Part shown: positions 39,701-51,700 of the stretch, piece by piece
How positions within the stretch are numbered: position 1 is the stretch's first letter
How the letters are laid out: every line of letters begins with the position of its first letter
Assembly: GCA_965153285.1 (NCBI GenBank)
Contig: OZ229117.1
From: Podarcis tiliguerta
Lineage: Eukaryota
Direction: 5' to 3' (one strand)
DNA: 64,000 bases
Program-made: the position numbers and the translations under genes
The notes under the pieces: generated by a model
Told to the model about the DNA's origin: nothing
Database searches by the model: none
What the model saw: only the letters and a program-made list of their open reading frames with translations

Positions 39701-42700
39701 CCCCATGAGCCCTTCCAAATCTACAATTCTATATTCTATTCTGGTTAGAATATCAGGAGATACAACAACATGGATGCCAAGCAGCTCCCTCCCTCCTGCC
39801 CCCTAATACTACCCCCTCACCAGTAAGATATACTTCTTGGCTTGACATTAGTTACATACATTTACTCTTACTGTGGTTTAAATATGAACCCCATGGGTTC
39901 AGCACACAGCAGTTGTCTGTCAGTGGAACTGAAAGCATGCAAGTATACTATCTGGACTCCTTCCTGAGTCTTTGGCCAATGAGCAGCAGTCCCAGAGTCT
40001 TTGGCCAATGAGCAGCAGTCCTGATCAACATCATAGTGCAGATCCAAGACAACCCCAGCACGCTGAACTACAAAGAATAATCATGCAGGAACCAACAGGC
40101 AGCTGAAGTCTATTAAACTCTATTGGCAACCCACAGCATAATTGGAGAGCATGAATTGTGCAGAAAGAGACATACAAAGCAAACTACTCTAGATGGCCCA
40201 TCAAGCTAAACCAGTCACAGTGTTATGGGGAGAGAGAGAAAACCCAAAGCCATTAGCATCTACCGTAATTCTGCTAAAAAGATAGAAGAGCTGGCCAGTA
40301 CCAGAGCTGCTTTTTCAAAATGATTTAGAAACATTAGCTAGTGGCAGCCTGCATGTTAGCAGGTATAGACAGATATTCACATGTAGATCCAGGTGCACAT
40401 ATATAACCTGTTTTGAAATATTAGCACTAGCTGTCAATTGGATTTAATCTGATTTTGTCAGAGAACATCTTCTCCCATACAAATCCTCCAGTACATAAGA
40501 TATTCTAATGAATTCCACTGCACGAGGCTAACATCCACTAGAAGTAGGACCTCCCCTGTTGCAGACCCAATTTTGTGGATCCTCTGCCAAGAAAACACCA
40601 CACAATATCTTCCCTGCTAACTAACTAACACTTTAGCTTCTACTGGCCTTTGATCATTATATGACTTTGCTCCTGTGCTGCCTTCAACTTGCTCATAGAT
40701 CGCATTTTATGAGTTTCACTGTTATCCTAGTTTGTGAACTGCTTTTCAAAATACAAATATTATTTAACTGTGTATAAATGTTTAAGAAATTTAAGCCAAC
40801 ACAAGGGGGAAGCCTCTTGCTGAGTTCTGCTGAGCACAGTAACCACAAATTAGTCAAGTAAGTAGCAGCTATGTCTTAACAAGTGCTTGCATATCATGCC
40901 TGTCAGCTGCCATCTTACTGGAGAAACTGTCAATATATCTAACTAACTCAGAAATGACCGGTCTTGTCCTGTTCAACACCTCTGCACAGCACACTTTGTA
41001 CAGTAGTCAGTGGATCCATCAATCACTGAATAGTGCCCAAATAGTCATGACAACCTGCACCACACACTCAACAAAAGGTCCATGAAACTGAATCCTTCAG
41101 CAAACAAGGAGAGACATTAGTAGTCAATACTTTCACTTTGGAAGATACTTGGATTCTCAACTCATTCATTAGCTGGAATTGTGAGGAGACATGATCATAT
41201 CACTATATTCCTCAAACAAAAGCTCTCAAATCCAAACAACCACATGTATCATTAAGATTTGGTGTGAGTTATAAAATCCCTGTGCATAGACCAACTCAGT
41301 ATTGCACTGTTCTGCCTGTTCAACCTTTGCAGGTTTCCTAAGTGACTGCATTTTGCATTCTTTCTTCAAGAGCATGTGAAATTATTGTGGTCAGAATATC
41401 AATGTCATTAGTAAGCCAAAGGCAATGGTAACATTTACATTTGACAGGTTGGTTGTTCTGACCACAATGGCAGTAATGTTGAAAGTTATGGCAGTAATGT
41501 TGAAAGCATCTATGCACTTGTTCAGTTTGCAACATGTATTACTTTTGCATCAGTTTGTAGTAATCCATGATGCACTCCCACCCGCCCCCATTGTCATTTA
41601 TATAATCAAAGTTTGAGGATCATCTTGCATACCTCACATCTAAGCCATCAAGCAACTGTGCTCTCCTCCTTACTGTTGGTGGCTGCATGTTTATGCATGA
41701 GAGCAATCTGTCTACAGTCAAGTATGCTCTCCACTGTGCATCAAAGGTGAAAACATTTCCCCCCGATTATTATATGGTAGGTCTGGGAAAACTCCTGGTC
41801 TGAAATATTGCTGCTGCCAGCCAGTATGGACAAGACTGAGATCAAGGAGCTTCCTATGTGACTTAACCTGCACATTTCCCAAAGGTAGTCTCATTTGGAA
41901 ACTTACTTAGATGGACACCAAAGTGCTTCTACAAATACAATGCAGATGCTGGCATTTAATTTATTCTCATTTGCCTTTTTTTAAAAAAAGATGTCTTTTG
42001 AAAGTCTTTAAGAGCACAATAATAGTGAAAAGGCCACAATGTCCATTTTGCATCTGGAGGCAAAAGCACAACACACGACAGCATATTGGGTTAGACATAT
42101 TAATAGATCAAAGAGTTCAAGAATTGCAAGCCAACACTCAAAAGCTTTTGACTGTGCACTGGCACACAAGGAATCGCCAAAAAAAGCCCACCTAGTTTGT
42201 ACCCGTTTTCCAGGTCCTGCATTCCACACCCTAATTCTAGCTGCCTTTTGCACCTACACTTTGAATTCGTTCTTTATGTATATGCGCAAACAGCATTATT
42301 CCACACATCATCATACTAGGGTCTATCCAAAGTCACAATGGGGCTTTGACAGGATTTTCTTACTGCGCCAGCTGCAGGAAAAATGCTGAAAATAGAGATG
42401 CCCTTGTATATAGTCTTCATAGACCTGACACAGGTCTTTGACCTCGTCAGCCAAAAAGGACTCTTCACACTGCTCAACAAGATAGGATGCCCACCTAAGC
42501 TTCAGAAGAAGATTGTGTCCTTCCACAAGAACATGAGCAGCACCATCCAATATGACTGCTCACTCTCAGACGCCTTCCCTATAATAAGGCCTATATTTTG
42601 ATATTTTTCTTCCAACCAATGTTTGCAGCAGATGAGCCCCCAAAACACACATTTGTCTGTAAATGCATGGGCTTATACCTGTACTATTAGAAATCTGTCA

Positions 42701-45700
42701 TTTGACTGAGCATCACAGTATGGTTCAGATCATGGGTTTGGTTACACAGCTGCTAAACAGGGCCAGTGCAGGCTTACAGATATGGAGATAATCCAAACTA
42801 GCCCAGTAGTTGCCACATTCAAGCTTCTCAGTGAATATTCATTCCTTAATGGAAGGTTCAGCTGTGTCAATATTGGTTAATTGAAGACACAGATCAGTGA
42901 ACAATAAATTATAGCTCTGATGATGAGAAGCTAATGCAAAAGGGTAGAACAGTTTACAGCCTGGTTCCATTTATTCTCCCTAAGGCGTAAGGGCGCCAGG
43001 ATGCAATGCCACCCTGCAGAGTCACACACATACCCAAATAAATGTATTATGTCTCTTAACTTTATGAGAGAATCTCTCTTACTCTCTTTGGTGGAACTAA
43101 AGCTTAACACACATACAGTACACAAATGCAACATTCCATGCCATCTTTAAGCTGGACTCCTTGCTCCCCTCATCCTACCTTCCAGAAATAGAACAAAAGC
43201 AGCAGGACCTTTGCTCTCACACATATGAGGATTTCTCCACAAAGGACATTAACACAGCACAGGGCAGAATCAGAATACCCAGCAGTTATCCTACATGTAA
43301 ATTAGGTGAGAATCTCCTCCCCATTCATCTCAGATAGCCTTTTCCTCCCTCTTTACATAATCACTACAAAATGAGTTATTTCCATATCATCTGGGCACTT
43401 TTCAGCATTGCTTGTTTCCATTAAAATGTTTTCTATAAAACAGTATGTATTTAATTCTGAAAAGATCAGAAACTTTGGGTTTCACAAAAGTTGACCCATA
43501 GACTTTAGGGACATCAAATAGCAGGGAGATTTTTCTTTAAACTAAAATGGAAACTTGCAAAGTATGCTCAACACCAGATCTGAAATAGGAGATATATATT
43601 TACTTGACACAAGACAGGCTAAGCATCTGCCAGCAAAAGCCTACGCACTTAAGATCACCATGTGCCCAAAATTGCTTGCTTCTTTGTTCTGGTTCAAATA
43701 CAGTGGCACCTTGGGTTACAGATACTTCAGGTTAGAGAACCCAGAAATAGCACCTCAGGTTAAGAACTTTGCTTCAGGATAAGAACAGAAATCATGCGGC
43801 GGCGTAGCGGCAGCAGGAGGCCCCATTAGCTAAAGTGGTGCTTCAGGTTAAGAACAGTTTCAGGTTAAGAACGGGCCTCCAGAACAAATTAAGTTCTTAA
43901 CCCGAGGTACCACTGTAAATGTTTTCGTACCAGATCTAACCTAAGAAAGAGAATAAAGCATTGGGTCAAAGAGAAAACAGAGATCTACAAGAAATCCCTC
44001 AAGGAAGGTCTAGGCCTCTGCTCCACCTGCAATGTCACAAAACAGAACTAATAGGCAAAACTAACAATTTGAAACTAAGGTCCCGTCCCCCCCAGCCTTA
44101 ACTCTGCAACTGCTAGAGTAGAAGAGTACAGAAGGCAATGGTGAGAAAGGGAGGAAGGAAGAATAGGGGGACGAGAAGGAAGCAGCAGAGAGGGTCACAG
44201 GGTTGAGTAGAGTCATGGGGCACCATGGAGGACATTAACTCCAATGTGAACCCAATGCCCAAGTGCAGGAGGTGGAGAAGCAGCTGGAGAAGCAGAACAA
44301 GCAGCTCCACATCCACAGTGCCAGTGGAGCTCCACGCGGCAGCCCTAAAAGTTTTCTTGGCTGACTTTGCTGCCATTCCCTGCCACCACCAGGAGCAACT
44401 GTCTGCTGCAGGGCTTGCCCAAACAAGGCCAGGCCCGAGCAGCCTCTGTTGAGCGAAAACAGCACAACAGGAAGCAGCCTAGTGCCTGCAGACAATTCAG
44501 CAGTAGAGGGAGTCAAGGAGAATACAAGCCTCCTGGATGAAGTGGAGCCACTGGAGGCTGAGGAGCTGGAGCAGCTGGCCAGATGAGGAGATTCACCTGG
44601 CTCACAGTACCAAAAGGTATGCCTCTTTTGTGCTGTGTAAGCCAGGTGATCTATGGGACACTGCTACCCCACAGATCAGCTGATTTGTGCAGCAAGCTTG
44701 CTGCTCTGCAGACCAACTGATTGCTCATGCCAGCCAGCCAGATGGAGATGTTAGGCACCAAACCTGGCACCCGGACATCTTCATTGCCTCGCAAAAGGCC
44801 AGCAGCCTGTCTTAAAACGCAACTAGCACCTAGCTAATTTTGAACGCTGCTTATACCTTCAACCTTCTCATTCTAGTTCTCTTGTGCTGTTGCTAAAACC
44901 GCAAATATCCTACTCACCAACTCCAAGCCACAATGTTAGGCAGGTGACACCTACCATTTTTTAAACAGATACCCCGTAGCATTTGCACATACAAAAATAG
45001 TGGCAATGTTGGCAGCTTAAGAGTTTTCTTCTTAAGCCATGTAAATTCTTCTAAGGAAATCTATAAAAATTTCTAAAGAAATTAATAAAGACACTCTGGG
45101 GACCCCTGTCATGACAAATCCCACTTTGCCAGAGTTACGATTGGGAAGAACATAGAGATCACTTCCAACCACAACCACCTATCCCAAGAAAGTGAATCAG
45201 CTTCACCACCAGCACACTGAAGGCCATGAAGACCAAGGACACAGAATGTTGAGAAACAACCTTTCTTATCCCACTTGTTCTCAGCCTGCATATGAATAAT
45301 TTCTAGCAGGCACAACTGTTCTAAGAAATCATGTGCACCTAGTAAAAGTTTGGTTAAGGAAGAACACTATTTCTCTGTACAATTCCTGTACAAAGGTGGA
45401 ATCCAAATCCGTTACTTTTACTGCATTTCCCTGAAGTATCTGTTCAGCTCAGATTCCGTGGAACTTGCAACATACTGAGGGGGAAAACAAGTACAATGAG
45501 TTTTCTAGAAGATTCGTTCAGAGCATGAAAGCAAACACAGTTTTAACACAGTTCAAACTAGATAAGTGAAATGGAATAGAACTGCCAGAGCATTCAAGTA
45601 ACAGCAGTGAAAACACAAGCATGACTCATCACCACAGCAATCTATTACCCTGTGGTTAGAGAGATGCAAGGGTGGGGATTATCTACCTTAACTAATCAAA

Positions 45701-48700
45701 CTGCAGTGCAGGGGCCTAGGGAAGAAGACCACTCTAATCAGCTTCCCTTCCTCCAAAAGCTTAAGACACATCCTCAAGAGTACATCAATCCCTATTTGCT
45801 TCAGTTCATGCTTCTTACTCAAGCTATACAAGTGTGAACATGAGAATCTTGTCCAGACTCTGCTGGAAATAGGTAAACTACCTGCTTACTACATTTTTAT
45901 TGGCAACTACCCATTAATGAGCCTTAACTAATGAGTTAAACAGCTATACTAACTGCTTAATGACTGAAACTCTTCTAGTGACACTGCTGAAAATCTCCAG
46001 GCACCATCTGCTCACTAAAATTTTCATACTGAGAGGAAGTTATCATGCCTGTCTTATTGCAAAAGGCACAGGCAAAAGAATATAGGCATTCAAAACATTT
46101 TACAATGACACAACAGTTAAACACGATATCAATTCAAGAACACCAGGCACACGTGCAAACACTTGCTGGAATCCCCTATTAAACATATACATACATAAAG
46201 TTTTCCATGTAGCTTTTTTTAGACATACCATCTTGGCACAACAGCCAGGCTGGGATCAGCAGCCATTTGCCTCTATCTCCCACACCCCTGAACTGTCTCC
46301 TACATACCACCTCTCTGCATGAAACTTCATTATGTACCTTTATGAAAGCTCTGGTGCTTGAATTTGCTTATTTTCTTCTTTCTTCCTCATTGTTTTTCTT
46401 TTTGTATCATATTGGATCATAAGCCATTTTTTAAAACTGTCAACTATTTTGAGTGGTTGGTTTAGCCATCCAACCCCAAACACTCACCAAGCTACAAAAG
46501 CAACAGTGGCAGGAAAATAAACCAAGCTCTGGAAAAGCAAGTCATGACTTGTTTGCTCATCTATGAGACAACTCTTAAACAAACTGTAGCTTAGTGTTAT
46601 GTAGGAAGGCAGTAACAACAGTCTTTGTTTTTTGTAATTAGCATAAGTATCCAACTCATTGATGACTTTCTTTGTTATTCTTACAATGTTAATGCTTTAA
46701 AAGTCTTGATCAGCACTTAATTGGTTAGTTCACTAAAGCAGTCACATTCCAATTTGTAATAACAACATATGTAGGTTTACTTTTAAACCCAGAAAAGTTA
46801 TTGCAATATGCAAGAGGCATAATAGCACATTTTAGCACAGAGAAGAGTTGCAGGGGACAGAAGACAAAACTCTGCTAATTTATCATTAATGCAATGCTCC
46901 GCTCCTAATCTACCCAAGGACAGCAATCCTGTTGAGCACTGATGTTTTGTTACTCCATCCCCTTCTGGGATAAAGGTGGTATTTACAAGTCATCCAATCT
47001 ACCCATAACTTCATGGACACAAATGAAGTCAAGGGTTTCAGGCTCAGCAGGTTCATTAAACTAAGATCAAATAGTGACCTACAAACTGTTGTCATCAACA
47101 ACTTTGTTACTGCAAATTACTTTAAGCTAAACTAACTGAGAATCACTGCAAAATATTCACCTTTTTTCTTGAAGTTACGTGACACTTGCAAATTTTACTA
47201 ACGTTCTATTTTCACATTCACCTTTCATCAGTTCATTGTCCATCTGGTAACAAGACTTACACATATATAATATGTCTATTCAGAAGTAAGTCTCATTGAG
47301 GATTTACTCTGAGGCAGCAGTCCTCACACTTACCTGAATGCAGTGGGACCTAAAAGAAGGGCCTCCCACTATGACGTGGGAGACCAGAATTCAAATCGCT
47401 ACTCGGCCATGAATTTCATTGGGTGACCTTGGGCCAGTCACTGTATCTCACTGTATCTCAGTCTAACCTACCTCACAAATTTATTGTGTGGATGAGTTGG
47501 GGAGGGAAAACTATGTGCACCACGAACTTACTGGAGGGAAAGGTGGGTTATAAAGTGTAATCAATAAAAAATAAAAAAATGATTTGAGCTTGTTTTATCT
47601 TTCTCTTTGGACAATTGTTTCTCAGTATAAATAAATATGTACAACTCCTTTAAGACAAAACATATCAGACTCACTGTTCAAGGTGCTTTGCAGTCCAGAG
47701 GTACATGCCAATAGCATGGGTAATGTTTCTAATGGACTAATAAATTTTCTGGGCACCTTTCTGAAAGGTTCTGTTACTTATTGGCAGAAGTGGGCAAAAA
47801 AAGCACTCTGTTCCACAAGAAGGTACAAGACAGCATCCAAGCAAAAGGCACACTGACCCAGCTCACACTTAACACTTTTTGGTCCATGTTCTTGGAACAA
47901 GCAATGAGCAAGAGCATTCCTTCCCCCATATCCTCCTCTCTCATTCCCAGCTGCAAAACAGAGTTTTTCTGGTTTCTTAAAACCAGTCTTCCTGTTGCAA
48001 TGTAATGGAGAAACTGTGATTTAACAAAACAGTCTCCACTGGAGGTTGTGATAAGGAAGCACTTATTTAAGTTTGTTGCTCTTTTCCACTCCAGCAAGCT
48101 ATACTTTGTTGGACCAGGAACATTACACCCAAACCCAGAGAACACTCTTTGATTAAGTGGCTTATCCATTTTCTAAATAAACTAGGTCAGTATGTGACAA
48201 ATACTTCAAATTCCAGACAAAGCAGGATCCTGCACACCACAGAATGGCGGCGGCTCTATGAAGATAACAGATGTTGTCAAAAACAGTCTACACCCATCAC
48301 AAATATTACACATATTAGGTTATCTACTGAATTTAAAGCAACTTGACAGCTCTTAACACACACAAATCTGATAGCAGCACAAGAAACACTTAGGCTAAAA
48401 AACTGAACCCTCTGGGTGACATTCCAATTCAACAGAATTTGATGATGTGAACAGCGTTCGAACCTCCCATTGTTCTAGGCATGTTTTGCAAAATGGAATT
48501 TCATTAGCATGAGCAGTTTTTGTGCTCTGGGTGCAGTACTGCTCCTAAAATTTCAGATTAAAACTGCAGAGTGGAAGGAAAGGAGGACCTTTTTTCTGCC
48601 TCCCCACTTCCAGCCACTCTCTAAAGACTGGAGAAGAGACCCTCTTAAGAATATTAGGGGGGCAGGCAGGGGAAGCATGGCTTTGTTTTTTGCAGTCTTC

Positions 48701-51700
48701 AAATGAGGACGAGACCATGTGAAAAATGAATATAAGATTTTAGCTGCAGTTCATTCATTTTCAGCTTTGTACTGTTATTAAAAAAGTATGCCTAGACATT
48801 CCATTCTGCCATACCACTACATTGCCAACTCAAGTTTGCTTACATTAATTTCTCACTGCTACACTACCTATTGGATTTTTAATTGATGATACAAGACAAG
48901 AAAGTGAGAAAGGAATGTAACATTTTAAATGTTTTTATGCCATAGAAAAAGGGTTCCTAGTTCCCACCCCTTAAATTAAGGGTATGAAATTAAAATGATT
49001 ACAGCACAACCCAGTTGGAAGTCCCAGTTAGTTCAATGGGCCTTAGACATGGTCATGTGTATACAGTATAGGATTGCTGTACAAATGATAAAACAAATTT
49101 GTACAATGTAGCACAGAGTGGGAACAATATAAATTGCAAAAATATGTTACTGAATTGAAGCTACAATGTTTTACAAACTATGCACACCCATCTGGAGTAA
49201 GCATTACTGAATTCAGTAGAATATACAGGTAAATCAGAAAATTGTAAATTTAAAAGGAAGGCAATTACTCAGATGTAGGAATCTGAAATCCCCAGTGTGA
49301 TCATGTGGATGTAGTAACTCCATGTGTCTAACAAAACTTTTCAAGTATATTTTAGTAACCCATGCAACCATTCTTTAAGGAAGGTGAGTATATCTCTATA
49401 TTGCAGGTGGCTGCTGGTGAGTGTGTAGACATCCCTATAATATAATCAACAAATCACAGTATTAATTTAGCAACAAAATTGTCTGTTTAGCTAAATTATG
49501 TACCCATTATCAGTACATAACATATTGTGACAAACACGAGCAAGCACTTTGACTCTGCACACCCCTCCAATGAAGGCTGCAGCACCCTCTAGGAGTTTTG
49601 ACTGTGGAGAACTAGTGTTATGTCTGTGGCTTACAAAACTTTACTTCTCTGATACTGCTACATCTTAATGCACATTCATACAGAGAACTAAAGGGCACAC
49701 CTGTATAATAAATACTTGACAAGTGTCAGCTACAATTAGTTAGGCATAATGACTAAGAGACTGAGCTATCAGTAATCAAATATCCCTAGTTCAATTCTCT
49801 CCTCTGGAATAACCTCACTAGGTGGCCTTAAACAAGCCAGTCTCTCAGCCTTAGTCACCTACTTCACCCCCACCACCACACTCTATCTGCTTTAAAGAGG
49901 ATAATAATACTGTAATATTACAAGGTTGTTGTAAGGATTACAAGTTAATAAATGTGAAGTGCTTTAAATACCTGAAAGCTCTACAAACATTGTAAGAAAC
50001 AGGCCACAATCCAGAGAGGCATACACACCACATTCTGCATTATGCTTGTTCATGCTGAAGATATATTGACAATGAATGTCAACTCACAAAGTTCAGTTTC
50101 TGAACTGCACTCCAAGCAATGACACCAAGAGATAGGAAACCATCCAGACATAATTCATACTTGTTCAGGCACAGCACCTGCACACAGAGGCACGTATAAG
50201 GGACCCTGTTTCCACTCCTCAGCATCAAAACAGTATGCTGGGCCATTAGATCAGTGGTTGTGCATGCTTCCTGTGTCTCAATCCAACCCTGCAATGCAGT
50301 CTAATTGCTTAAGTTCAAGCTAGGAACGATGTTGGAGGGATACACAAATGTGACACAGAACTCCTGACCCCTGCAATACTGCATATCACAAACCAAGCAA
50401 AGAGGGAATGAGTGGAAATGGTGATTTGTTCACATGGCCTTCACTTAGTTTGGCTCAGCCAGAAAGTGAAACACTTTCTGAATCCAGGAACTTACCCATC
50501 TATAAATGCAATACTAAACAATGAATTCAAAAATTCAAATCCAATGTTAATGTCACAGCATCAGATGACTGTTAGGGCTCTTTATCTTTTAATTTAAATA
50601 AGTAAACAATCTCACTTTAAAGAACAAACTATGTTTCAGTCATTTATTTAGAAAAGTTTATAAACAGTTTAATCACAAAATAAGTGTTTTACATACTTTC
50701 ATTAAAATATTGGTGGAGGGTTCACTTTTAAAATATATCCCCCCAAAGTCTCACAATCAGCAACCTTTTCTGCTTGCAGCAAATTTCTATGCACATTTTC
50801 TCACCAGGGTTGGAAGGTTCAACTGATACGCTCTTTCTTGGACTTCTCCCAGAATCAGTTGCATTGCCAGAAGTGTCCAATGTAGCTCTAATGTGCTGGG
50901 ACAGTGTATCTGAGTCCAGTGGTACCTCTGGTTAAGAACTTAATTCGTTCTGGAGGTCCGTTCTTAACCTGAGGTACCACTTATCTAATGGGGCCTCTCG
51001 CTGTTGCTGCGCCGCCATCACGTGATTTCTGTTCTCATCCTGAGGTAATGTTCTTAACCAGAGGTACTACTTCCAGGTTAGCGGAGTCTGTAACCCGAAG
51101 TGTTTGTAACCTGAGGTACCACTGTACAGTCTTTACAAGATTGTGGGAAACACTCCTGTACTGACTTAGGTTGCACTGGGATCTAGGGTTCTCAGGATGT
51201 CCTAAAAATTTCCCCACTTCTTATGAAAACACACAGAAATAGCCAGACAGAGACCTAAAATAAACTTGGTTAATTTCTATTCAGAGAAGGTATCTCAAAG
51301 AACGACAATGAGCAGTTGTTAAGTCATTTCTGAGACTTGTACATCCTATATTGAACCATAGAAACACAGATAAGAATTTCAAGTTGAACAGCCTACAGGA
51401 CAGGCCATAAGGCAATGGTAAAGCATCTGTTTTGTGTGCTACAGTTTGCAAGGTCAGTCCTCAGCAACTCCAGGTAGGTCTGGAAATGTCCTCTATATGA
51501 AAACCTGCAAGACCCCACTGCCAGTCAATGTAGACACTACTGAGCTAGACAGAGCAATGATGTGACTCAGTATAAGGCAGCTTCCTCAGTTCCAATTTTT
51601 CTGTTTACAAGCAATAACTTGTGTAACAATCTAGTAACTCCAGCTAAACTTACAACAATTTCTATCAGCAGTAACTCTGAATTCATCCATTCCTGCCAAG

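Noticed and set aside
42039-42601. Functional reverse transcriptase gene
   Set aside because: Short RTE fragment with an internal deletion, a stop and a frameshift.
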